Source of the DNA: Azolla caroliniana
Taxonomy: Eukaryota; Plantae; Polypodiophyta
Assembly: GCA_043228905.1 (NCBI GenBank)
Contig: JBHGNT010000011.1
Coordinates: forward strand, 8,742,001-8,806,000
Direction of reading: 5' to 3'
Length of the DNA stretch: 64,000 nt
Shown here: positions 12,801-23,919 of the stretch, one piece after another
How the letters are laid out: the number at the start of each line of letters is the position of its first letter
Numbering within the stretch: position 1 is the first letter of the stretch
Made by a program: the position numbers and the translations under genes
The notes under the pieces: model-generated
Databases searched by the model: none
Told to the model about the DNA's origin: nothing
Seen by the model: only the letters and a program-made list of their open reading frames with translations

Positions 12801-13871
12801 CACGGTCAGGAAGGTCTTCACCTCCAGTAGCGGCTACAAGTTTCTTTTGGCTAATGTCAATGTGTGGTTGAGATTTTGTCTCCTCGTTGAAGAGAAGCTT
12901 TTTTCCTCTCTTGATGGACTCAAGAGCCACCTTGGTCTGGGCTTCGATTGGAGAACCCTGTATGCGACGCTTTATTTTCTTCACGGGTCGGTCCGACAGG
13001 TTCTCAAACGACCTATTTAAGAAAGTACATGCAAAAACATAAGTTAGGTGGTCACGTAGATTAAGGTTGTATATTAAAATATAAATAAGTAGATGAAGAA
13101 CGATTCTCTCTAGCATGCAATTCGTGGTGAAGTGAAAATATCAATAATGCATTCAGAGTACATGGTAGTCCTATATTCAAAAATCTATTCTAGGCAGGGC
13201 TATTCAAACTAGAAAATATATATCGTAATAAGTAAACAAGGTTATATATTCTTTTAAAGAGGAGGTATGACTTATAATGATTCCAGACCTATATTGAGGA
13301 GAATTTGCTATCATAAAGGTAATTTGTGGGTTATTTTCTACTCTTTTAAGCTATAGTAGGTCATAAAACACCTATAATTAGGGCATGTTTTTTTTAAAAA
13401 GTAAGGCAAGTCAACATAAAAAAGACTGATTTTGAAAGACAATTTAATATCTTTTCCACACAATAATTAATTGTTGCCCCAAAAACACAAATTTTCTCTT
13501 TTAGGGCCTTCATTTATACAGGAACTCGATACGGCATATCGAATTCTCGTATAAAACCTACACTTTAAACAGTATCGAGTTCCTGTTTAAAAAGCAAAGG
13601 AAACACAGGAACTCGATACGCCGTATCGAGTTCCTGTTTAAAGTGTAGGTTTTAAACAAGAACTCGATACGCCGTATCGAGTTCCTGTTTAAAAAGCAAA
13701 AAAAAAAAAAGAACTCGATACGCCGTATCGAGTTCCTGTATAAAGTTTGTATTGTATACAGGAACTCGATACGGCGTATCGAGTTCTTGAGCGACAAAAC
13801 ATATTTACAAAAATGTCCACAGTGTCAGAGGCCTACCTGGAGTCCTCGCGCTCGATTCTCTTTGAAGACAT
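9804..13871 (-). pseudogene. Six-exon gene for a ParB/Srx-like domain fused to a beta-class DNA N6-adenine/N4-cytosine methyltransferase (~968 aa reconstructed, 3 lesions)
   Basis: Exons 13871-13837, 13012-11376, 11299-11161, 11077-10617, 10528-10248 and 10156-9804. GT donors and phases are all consistent. ParB-like motifs: VPFIVMID...YFVIGGSHSAEARRQL...IYVGLTTKEAKLLAWDHN. MTase motifs in beta order: NVVCGDVVNLIQKVP..EYTLMIADIPYG, LAWIKTN, RLIEMFSIEGDWILDLFSGTGTTSACALKLFRNTIALEKD. Lesions: 1-nt frameshift at ~12515, last acceptor AG>AA at 10157, in-frame TAG at 10040-10038. Confidence 0.85.
13522..13786. repeat. Array of 25-bp palindromes GAACTCGATAC-(GCC/GGC)-GTATCGAGTTC with 51-bp period, in intron 1 of the ParB-MTase gene
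   Basis: Units at 13522-13546 (2 mismatches), 13572-13582 (half unit), 13609-13633, 13660-13684, 13711-13735 and 13762-13786. Confidence 0.95.
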
Positions 13872-13997
13872 GGTTGATCGTGTGGCAGTGGAGGCGGAGA
13901 TCGCGCTTTTGTGCTTCGTGCTCTGTGTGCTCTGTGTGCTCTATACGCTCTGTACGCTCTTGTGTGCTCTTGTGAGTGAAATATGACGAGGTCTTCC

Positions 13998-14005
13998 TAT
14001 TTATA
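13998..14005 (-). promoter_or_regulatory. TATA box of the ParB-MTase gene
   Basis: CCC TATAAATA GG on the minus strand, ~127 bp upstream of ATG 13871, followed by a CACACAGAG-repeat 5' UTR. Confidence 0.6.
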
Positions 14006-14228
14006 GGGATTGACCACATTGGTTAAAGTAACCATAGTCACCTTAACCAAGGTTGGTAAGTTTGAGGATAGTTAGTTGGTAACCACAGTCACATTAACTA
14101 GAGTAACTTATGATTGCATTAATGATTACAAAGTCAAACTAACATATTGATCAATCTTTTATAGTTATAACGACCTGCAATGACTTCAAAGGTCATGAAG
14201 GAGACAATGATAGAGGTTCATGAATGTA

Positions 14229-14403
14229 CCAATGATTGATTACTAAAAGCAACATTTTTTATGACTCTCAAATGCTGTGTATTAAAGATGTCTACATGAA
14301 TTAACCAATGATTGATAAGTCTAATATTTAAAATGGTGAGCATTAAAGAACCAATGAGTGAGAGGTTCTATATCAAATATGGGTGCCATTAATTAGCCAA
14401 TGA
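14229..14403 (+). promoter_or_regulatory. Cluster of four CCAATGA boxes in the divergent intergenic region
   Basis: CCAATGA at 14229, 14305, 14351 and 14397. Confidence 0.4.
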
Positions 14404-14707
14404 TTTTAACATTAATCCAACATATTTATGGCGTGGTAATGATTAGATTTATATTATACTTGATTTAACTTCATATAGATGTAGTTTAAATAATAATTGA
14501 TATTTTAAATACAATTACTATATTAAAAATAAATTTTTTATGTATTGTATTAATATAATATTACATAATATAGACATTCTATTGATTTGGCTTTTGTTTA
14601 GAGAGAAGTTTATGTTTAGAGAGGAGTATATGTTTCGAGAGGAGCTTATTAGTTTTTTTCCTTACCCTAAGCACATAACTTACAGAGCCCTATCTAGACC
14701 TTAAGCC

Positions 14708-16215
14708 ATGAGTGAAGATTCACCGTTCTCGATTGAAGAATATTGTTTGTCAACAGACTCATCGTTTTCTACTGAAGAGTATTGTTTGTCGACAGACTCA
14801 CCATATTCTATCGAAGAATATTGTTTGTCGACAGACTCACCATATTCTATCGAAGAATATTGTTTGTCGACAGACTCACCATATTCTATCGAAGAATATT
14901 GTTTGTCGACAGACTCACCATATTCTATCGAAGAATATTGTCTGAGCTCATCTATAGGGAATGTAAATAATGACACATGTGAAGAGTTCTCTATTGAAGA
15001 ATACGATATTAATAAAGATACGGAGAATGAAGGTAGTGCCAAGGAAATATTGAATAACATTGGCGATGGTCACAACAAAGAATTAGATTGTAACAAGGTT
15101 ACACCAACCTCTATGCAGGAAGAGAAATCTGGGAGCCCTATGCATATTAGAAGAATCCCATGAAGAATTCGTTTGGCTAGATTTAGCTTGGTGACATCAG
15201 ATAAATAGATTGGATTTGATGTCAAAAAAATATGTTGTGCCCGTGGTTGTATGTCTATGATTGGAAAATCAAAGTTGCGAGAATTAAGGCGATACTATTT
15301 TTCGATGACCGGTGATGAGCAAGACACTTACCTCGGGTCACATATGCAACTAGTATCTGACAAATGTACGGGGATCAAAGTATCATTCGAGTATTATAGC
15401 TTCCATGCGCAATAGATATGTAGAGTTGCATTCAAAATTGCGTTATGTGTTAGTAACATGCGGCTACATAGAGTACAACAATGTCTACTTAGCGGGGATC
15501 AGATGCTCAATTGTAAAGAGGTTCCAAGTATGAAAGGTGCAATTGGAAGACATGCTATTGGTTGGATGAAAACTTACTTTCAGTTAAATTGTGAAGTAAT
15601 GCCCACTACATGTAGGATGCACCTTTTTGATAATTATACACGTTGGGAAGTTTATGATGTCTATCGATCTGATATGCTGGGCTCACGTAATAAGTCTATC
15701 ACCTATAGCCAATTCACAAGATTATGGAGAGCTCGGTTTTCAAATGTTATCATTCCTCGTAAAGTACGTATGGGGTATTGCTCCATTTGTGCAAATCTTA
15801 AAAGTTTGGCTAAAGGTGCAAAGACATCAATGGAAAAGGATATGAGTAAGAAGTTACTACAAGAGCATCGTGAGGCACAATCATTAGAACGAAAGAAGAC
15901 GATGCATCATAGAGAGAAGTATTTGAAGAGGCCCGAACAATACATGTGCTTAATGATAGATGGCATGGACCAGAAGAAGACGTGCTTGCCGCATATGCGG
16001 AGGCTCCCCAAAGATGTCAATGATGAGTGCCTTGTTCAAATGCACTTGGTGGGATGCTTGGCTTATAATAGGTCTGTTGGACCTCATGTCTTCATTACAT
16101 ACCCCAATGTTCACAATGACCCTAACCTAACATTTACAGCCATTCACCGAGTTTTGATGTCTTGGGGCCAACCTTTCCCCCTTGTTCTATACATTCAATT
16201 GGACAGTACTTGCCA
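14708..16215 (+). pseudogene. Sola/DUF7869-like DDD/E transposase, 3'-truncated, with three in-frame stops
   Basis: ORFs 14708-15163 and 15458-16240 share one frame, with stops at 15161, 15206 and 15413. Motifs: CCARGC...LRRYYFSM...EQDTYL...ICRVAFKIALCVS.MRL; F.RLWRARFSNVIIPR...CSICANL; MIDGMDQKKTCLPH; LYIQLDS. The part expected to carry the third catalytic residue is replaced by LTR sequence. Confidence 0.7.
14729..14946 (+). repeat. 39-bp coding tandem repeat (SIEEYCLSTDSPY, ~5.6 copies)
   Basis: TCTATCGAAGAATATTGTTTGTCGACAGACTCACCATAT repeated in frame at the transposase N-terminus. Confidence 0.95.
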
Positions 16216-19200
16216 GTACATTTGTCAGTCCGTAGTATAAAGAGTGCTCACTGAGCACATCCTATGTACATAGTGTTACAGAGTATTATTTTTTGAATAA
16301 AGTTTATGCTTTCTGCTCTCTCTCTCTCTATATATATGTTAGAGTTATGATCTAAAGTAAACATATGATAAGGATAAAAGATAGATAGTTAGAAAGGAGA
16401 GAGAGAAAGAAGGGTGCCGATCCACCCGACCACCCCTGAGCGAAGGGATTGAGACGGACTCGAGCCTCGATCGACATCCCATACTACCGCCGTGGCGTCG
16501 AGTCGTACCTGGAACTGGCTCGCTCGCTACAAGAGTTGACCCACCACGAAATAGAGTCTCGACGTAGTCAAGATATGATCAAATGAGGGTAGTTAGGCCT
16601 CATATTTATAGCGATACCCAAGGTCCCCATGCAAGTTCACACTTGGCCTAATGGGTTGTCTCAATCCTGAGGATTAAAAGTAATCCTCCCCTTCTTTACA
16701 CTCTCATTTAACCCTCACACTTATCCACGTGTATAGAATACTACGGTAAATTCTCACCGCGGGATATCATATGGTCATGCTCATAACATACTCCCCATGT
16801 TTAAAACATTGCACTCTTGCAATGGAATCTTAGGGAAGTTAGTTCTAAGAGTATTTTTGCGTTCCCATGTGGCATCTTTGATAGATTTATCCATCCATTT
16901 AATTTTAAATTCTCATATTTATTTTAGTACACAGTTTGTTTGTTTTAACATCGAGAATTCTTTCTAATACATGTGGTTTAGAAGATAATTCTTCAGAAGT
17001 AACTAGAGTTTCAGTTGTAACTGTATTGTCGCAAGAACCTAGAAGTTCTTTTAGACGACTTACATGAAAAACTGGATGAATTTCAACACCATCGGGAAGA
17101 GCGAGACGATAGGCTGATGAACCAATGCATTTGAGGACTTGACAAGGTCCACAAAACTGTGGGGTTAACTTAGCGCACTTACCCGTAGACAATGTCTTAG
17201 AATTGTGATGTACACGTAAAAATACCTTCTGTCCAGGGTTGATTACACGAGGTTGCCTATTATGATCGGCGTAAAATGTGCTCTATCTTGAGCTGTTTTT
17301 ATATTAGCTCGTGCAATATGCAACATATCTTGCATATCTTGAAGAAAGTTTTGCGTACTTCACAACTAATCATGATGTATATTAACATCAATCGGGGCTT
17401 GTGGCTGAAAACCATACATCAACATAAAAGGACTATATCCCGTCGACGTATGCTTGGAGCTGTTATAAGCAAACTCCAAAATTGGGAGATAACGTTCCCA
17501 TTTTGTTGGTTTTGCACCAACGTATGCTCGAAGCATATCCTCAATAATTTGATTTACTCGTTCTGTCTGTCCATCAGACTGAGGATGATCCGTGGAGCTC
17601 ATGCTCAACGTAGTTTCTAACTTCTTAAAGATTTGCGTCCAGAAGTCACTAGTAAACTTTGGATCTCGATCACTCATGATATCCATCGTTAACCCATAAA
17701 AAGGAAATAACTCGTCAACGAATTGGTAATCCAATTCAGGAGCTGTTATCGTGGTTTTAGTAGCAATAAATCTGGCCATTTTAGTTAGTCTATCATTAAG
17801 GAGTTGTTATCGTGGTTTTAGTAGCAATAAATCTGGCCATTTTAGTTAGTCTCGAATGCTATTGGTTTACCATCTTGATATAAGACAACACCTATAGCAT
17901 AATCGCTTGCATCGGTTTCAACTTCAAAAGGTTTTGAAGGATTGACTAAAAGAAGCGAAGGAGCCTTGCACACTAGGTCCTTGAGTTCCTTAAAGGCGAG
18001 GTCTAGTGTAACGTTCCACACAATAGGTTTTGTAGACTTACGCGTTTGACCTTTTAGAAGATCAGCAAATGGCATCGTCAACTGGGAGTAATTACGAAGG
18101 GATTTTCACAAAAACCTGACAAAACCAAGGAATGATCAAACTTCTCGAATATTCTGAAGAGTGGGCCAAAGTTTGATTTTGTCAATGCGAGAAGGATCAA
18201 TTTCAACTCCTCGTTTGGTTATGAGATGTCCAAGATAAGTAATTGACTTCTTGAAGAATTCGCATTTCGAGATCTTCGCGTAGAATTGCTTGTCACGCAA
18301 TGTTTGTGAAACAAAGCAGACATGTTTAGCATGTTCTTCTAATGTACGACTATAAACTAGAATATCATCCAAAAAAATAACGACGAATTTTCCATGTTGT
18401 TCTCGAAAAATGTCATTCATTTCTTGTTGAAATGTGGCCGGAGCATTGGTCAAACCAAAAGGCATAACCAAAAACTCATAATGGCCATAGTGCGTACGAA
18501 ATGCCGTTTTAGGAACATCATCCTCACTTATACGAATTTGATGGTAGCCCGTATGGAGATCAAGTTTCATAAAATACTGAGCTCCCTGGAGACGGTCAAT
18601 TAGATCGTCAACCCGGGGCAATGGATATGAATTCTTGATCGTCACTTTATTCAAGCGTTGGTAATTAATACACATACGCCATGTGCCCTCTTTCTTTTTT
18701 ACCAAGAGAACAGGTGCACCCCATGGAGATTTACTATAACGTATATAACCCATTCATAAATAGTCCTTGAGTTGCTTAGATACCTCATCCTCTTCGGATC
18801 GACTTAAGCGATAAGGAGGTATACTTATTGGTGCAACGCCAGGTACAATATCTATACGATGGTCTATATTACGTTTAGGAGGTAACCGATGTGGTAGTTC
18901 ACTCGGAAAAACATCATGAAAATCATTTAAGATTTTATCGAGTTGTTGTTGTCCAAAATATGTCAATTGACCCGAGACATTATCAATATTATAATCGTGA
19001 ATGTTCGGATTAAGTACACAATAAAATAAAGAAGAACAAGACAACTCAGATATTGATGGAGAGGAAACAATCGAAAGGGATTGTTTATTTACACATTGAA
19101 TAAAATGAGTACAATCGTTTAGTACAAAGGAAATGGAATGACGAACCCAATCAAGAGACAAAGAAGAGTTTTAAATATTATAAAACCAGGGATAACCTAG

Positions 19201-22200
19201 TATTACATCAGTGGTACAAAGATTCATTACATGGAAGTCTACTTCCTTTACATAAGTATCAATAGGAATTCCTAATGAATGAATCGCCTCGTTGATGTAT
19301 TGTACTCATCCATCAACCAAGTGCACCCTATAGGTGTAATCACTTATGGTGGGTTGGATTCCCCATATTTGAACCAAACGATCATTCACAAAATTGTGCA
19401 AGCTTCCCGAATCAAATAAAAATGATATGGGAGATCCATTGACATACCCGTTTGCACGTAGTAAATCATTGGGTTCCAATACATAGTGAGGGAAAAAACA
19501 TTGACAATTACTTAAATGATGTGTATAGAACTCAAGGACATTAGGAATCTGACCTTTATGGTCTGCAACTTTTGCTTTGTTGTCGTGCTCTTTCCGTTGG
19601 AGCTTTCAACATTGTTCTTTTGTATGACCCTTCTTTTTGCAGAATACGCAAAAAGGATGTTGTCGCTTACAATCGCGATCCTTGAATTCGTTGGGTGTCT
19701 TGTGTTTCCCAGCGAATTGTGATTGCTTAATCCCAGGCGCTTCATTGGGTTTGTTATGGTCCTTCTTCGAAGTGCGTTGATAGCGAAGAACTATTTCAAC
19801 AGCCTCTTCGAAGGATTTTGGATCCTTATCGTGCACTATCCAGTGATAGTCTGAAGTGGGGATGCCTTTGAGAAAACAAGCTATTAACCAATTGTCCCCT
19901 TCTAGACCCGATTTTTGGATTTGGGTTCTAGCATAGTGGACATAGTCTTCTAGCGAGGAAAACTTCATGCTAGAGAGGTTCATTAAGGCTTGTGCTACCT
20001 CGGTTCAAGAGGGAGGGTGCAGAAATTAGCCCTTAAAAACGTGACAAAATCGGTCCAGGTATCGAGCAATTTCCCCAAAGTTCGGAGCCCACGCCACTAG
20101 GTGGCGGCCTTACCCCCTAGTTCTCGGCCGATATATGCAATCTTTGTACTATATGGCGTGGGATAGAGCTCAAAATGAGACTCCCATCAGCCCAACCACA
20201 TGCAAATTGCTTCTTTGGTTCTTTCCTTTTTTTCTCCCGTAAATGGCTTTACGACAAATGATGGTTCACCCTGACGCTCACCGGGTCTATTAGTGTCAAG
20301 TTGTAAACTAATGACACGTGCCTCGAGAGCACTTTGAGATTGCCGAAGTTCGAACATTTGATGAGCGGTTGAACTAAGGAAATTTTGTATTTGTAAGAAA
20401 TATAACTCAATGGGGATTGCTCCAAGAGGATTTCCTTGAGTTCCTTCCGCTTGAGCGGATGACATTGGGTCGTTATTCTGAGCCATTGAATGATTATTTC
20501 TGGCAAAGAAATAAGATAAGGTCAGACAAATAATCATAACATCAAGTCGTGATGTAAACAAATCATGGGCCAACATTAATCGATATCATGATCTCACGTC
20601 AATACCCCTCTAGACGTATGAGATGAGGTTCAAGATCAGGTTTCTATGGTAACACAAAGGTGTTTAAAAAACCATGGGGGTCACAAATGAATGTCTTTCC
20701 CTGATCTCTATATTGATTTTTTTCATGGCGGCTCCCCGAGGCTCAACCATGTATGTTTGCATTATGAATAGTTTATACATGAAAAAAATGTTAATAATAA
20801 ACTATGTTTCTGTGGTCTCAGCTCTTTAAGTCCTATTATGAGGACCCCGAAGTGCACTTAGACCTAAAGTCTAAACATGTATTATAGTCATATGTATCAA
20901 TAATGTTGTATGGTCTTGGTCATATTTGAACTCAAGACCTCGAGAACAAATGCATTAAACATTTGAGCTAACCAAATAGGTTGCTCGTATTGAATGCTTA
21001 ATGTTTTATGCGTATTAGAGATATGCGAGGCATTTGCTCATATATGTTTTTTTAAAAGAAACATATATGTCAAGAGTCGTTATTTCCCTCTCATTTACCA
21101 CAAACTATGTTGGTACATTACCTAACCTCAAGTCTCATAATTATGATGGCATACGCCAAAGTGCAACCCAATGGTCAAGCCAAATGAGCCCTCTTTTCGT
21201 AGTAGGCCCACGTGGCCCATCATATGGTTACGTCATTACGAATGCCTTTCGTAAGAATGACCTCATGGTGGCATCGTATCCATGTAATGAGGGAGGGATG
21301 TTGGATATGTGTGTCATAGGAGCGATCTCACATGAAGTGGGTCAAGCCCTACGTTCTCAACATCATTGTGGCTAAGAGCATTTCATTACATAATGAAATC
21401 GAAGTGACCAACGGGGATGTCAACAAAAAAAATTGTTGAAAAAAGGATGGTGACTACGTCATTCTCACAAAAATGTGAGGACGACCACCAAGATCTGTTC
21501 CCCGAAAAGGACAACATTCGATATATAAATCACGTAATAACTAATATACACATACGTATATTTATCACACATATATGATCAAATACGTATACACGTGACC
21601 ACATATGCATATATTAAGAATAATCGTAACATCAAATAGCCAACATATGATGAAATCGAGACACGTAATCGAGGCATATAGCCTTAGCATCTACGCACAC
21701 GAAACATCCAATAATGAGGGTTAATCGTAATATGCTCTATGTGGTATTAACCTCTTACGCATACGTAACATATGTATGTGAATGTAATACGCAATTGAGG
21801 TATTAACCTCGTACGCATACGACACTAATCACATATTAAATATATGTCAAATGAGATATTGACCTCATACACATATATAAACGTTTTATACAACCAATTA
21901 ATTACCACCACATCATCATTGAATCAATGAAAAAAATTACATATTGACCATATACATGATTAGATGGGAAAAAAAATACAAAAAAGAAGAAGAAAGAGTT
22001 ACCGAAGTTCGTTTGTTGATCGCTATCTGGATCAAGGTTGACCGCACGTCGATCGATCACCATCCATCAAGAAGACAAAAACAAACAAAGGAAACATTAG
22101 AAACATAAGCTCTGATACCAATTGTTAGAGTTATGATCTAAAGTAAGCATATGATAAGGATAAAAGATAGATAGATAAAAAGGAGAGAGAGAAAGAAGGG

Positions 22201-23221
22201 TGCCGATCCACCCGACCACCCCCGAGCGAAGGGATCAAGACAGACTTGAGCCTCAATCGGCGTCCCATACCACCGTTGTGGCGTCGAGTCATACCTAGTG
22301 CTAGCGCGCTCGCTACAAGAGTTGACCCACCACGAAACAGAGTCTTGATGTAGTCAAGATATGATCAAATGAGAGTAGCTAGGCCTCATATTTATAGCGA
22401 TACCTAAGGCCCCCATGCCAGTTCACACTTGGCCTAACGGGTTGTCTCAATCCCGAGGATTAAAAGTAACCCTCCCCATCTTTACACTCTCATTTAACCC
22501 TCACACTTATCCATGTGTATAGAATACAATGGTAAATTCTCACCGCGGGATATCATATGGTCATGCTCGTAACACTCTGTCTCTCCTCTGTATTCTGTGT
22601 TCCTAAGCTTCTATTAAACCTTTATTCTATGTTTTCTGTAGCTGTTCGGATATACCAGTTTGTCAACGCTTTTGTATAGTAACTTTAACATGGTATCACA
22701 ACATGAGGGTTGAGAACCTCTGTTGCCAACAACTGCTTGAAATGGACAAACCCTAATCACTCCGAAAAGACCGAAAAGAGAAGGCATGGACAGAAGCATG
22801 ACGAGCTCGCTTCTGACGGAAAAGCTCGACCGAAGCAACTATGCATCCTGGTCGTATAAAATACACCAGTACTTACTGGGGCATGGATACTAGAGCTACG
22901 TGGAAGGAGCGAATGAAGCAGTGCCGGATTCAGCACACAATGACTTCCCGGTTTGGGAGCAAGGAGCGAGCAAGGTTTTGTACTCCTCGCGTCCTGTGTG
23001 CACGACCAGATGCTTGCCTACATCAGAGACGCAAAGTCGCCAAAGTAGGCCTAGGAAAATCTCCGGAAGATTTTTGCCGCCAATACCACAACTCGTAAGT
23101 TGCAGCTCCGACAATAGCTCAACAACATCTGACAGAGAGATATGTCGGTTACGGAGTACACCACCAAGATAAAGGAGATCTGCGATGCACTCAGTTCTAT
23201 CAACGTGACGGTGGACGAGGA
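16216..23221 (+). mobile_element. Ty1/copia remnant: 5' LTR (split by the chromovirus), PBS and gag N-terminus
   Basis: LTR-like pieces at ~16216-16336 and 22575-22690 ending ...TTTAACA, then PBS TGGTATCA at 22691 and decayed gag MDRSMTSSLLTEKLDRSNYASWSYKIHQYLLGHGY* from ~22786. Truncated at the ndhE junction. Left limit uncertain. Confidence 0.6.
16337..22574 (-). mobile_element. Ty3/gypsy chromovirus (element A), degenerate, internally deleted
   Basis: 452-bp TG..CA LTRs at 16337-16788 and 22123-22574. PBS TGGTATCAGAGC (22120-22109). PPT GGGGAGTA next to the 3' LTR. Broken gag (CX2CX4HX4C), protease, RT (VIFLDDIL), partial RNase H, partial integrase and chromodomain (ERILD...KWMD...ATWE). 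Confidence 0.92.
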
Positions 23222-23440
23222 TGTCTTGAGTCAATATTTAATGCAATTAATATTAACATTATAGCATTCTCTCATCTTCTTTTTGATGATTCAATCCAGC
23301 AAACAAGAGGAGAAATTTTTTGTTTATTCATAATAGTTGTTGCAGCCGCTGAAGCTGCCATTGGGTTAGCCCTTGCTCTCGTTATTCGGCGAAACAGAAG
23401 ATCGACACGTATCGATCAATTTGATTTGTTAGAGTGGTAA
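23222..23440 (+). pseudogene. ndhE: Plastid ndhE 3' fragment (NUPT)
   Basis: [12 protein letters not shown]...[43 protein letters not shown]. Confidence 0.9.
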
Positions 23441-23509
23441 TCGATTGATCAATAGGGATTTTTTCCCGCATCCGATCAAATCGGTACCCGATTCAGTAAT
23501 AGATGTTAG

Positions 23510-23824
<315 letters not shown>

Positions 23825-23860
23825 TAAAAGATAAAAAAATTTCTCTTTATACTGTCCCAT

Positions 23861-23919
23861 TAGGGATAGAGGGGCTCGAACCCTCACGGTTAAAAAACCA
23901 ACGGATTTTCTTTCTACCA
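23861..23919 (-). pseudogene. trnL: Plastid trnL(UAA) 3' exon and intron end (NUPT)
   Basis: Minus strand reads TGGTAGAAAG|AAAATCCGTTGG...CGTGAGGGTTCGAGCCCCTCTATCCCTA. Confidence 0.8.

Noticed and set aside
13522-13786. CRISPR array (palindromic repeats with constant-length spacers)
   Set aside because: The spacers are related to each other (one is nearly the reverse complement of another, two share CTGTTTAAAAAGCAAA), the units occur in both orientations, there are no cas genes, and the array lies in a spliceosomal intron.
9804-16215. Bacterial contamination or a restriction-modification operon
   Set aside because: The MTase gene has five spliceosomal-type introns and a TATA box, is embedded among plant TEs, and has no adjacent endonuclease.
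16332-22579. TSD for chromovirus A
   Set aside because: The flanks (ATATA and CTCTG) do not match; the site is a CT/AT microsatellite that may have changed since insertion.
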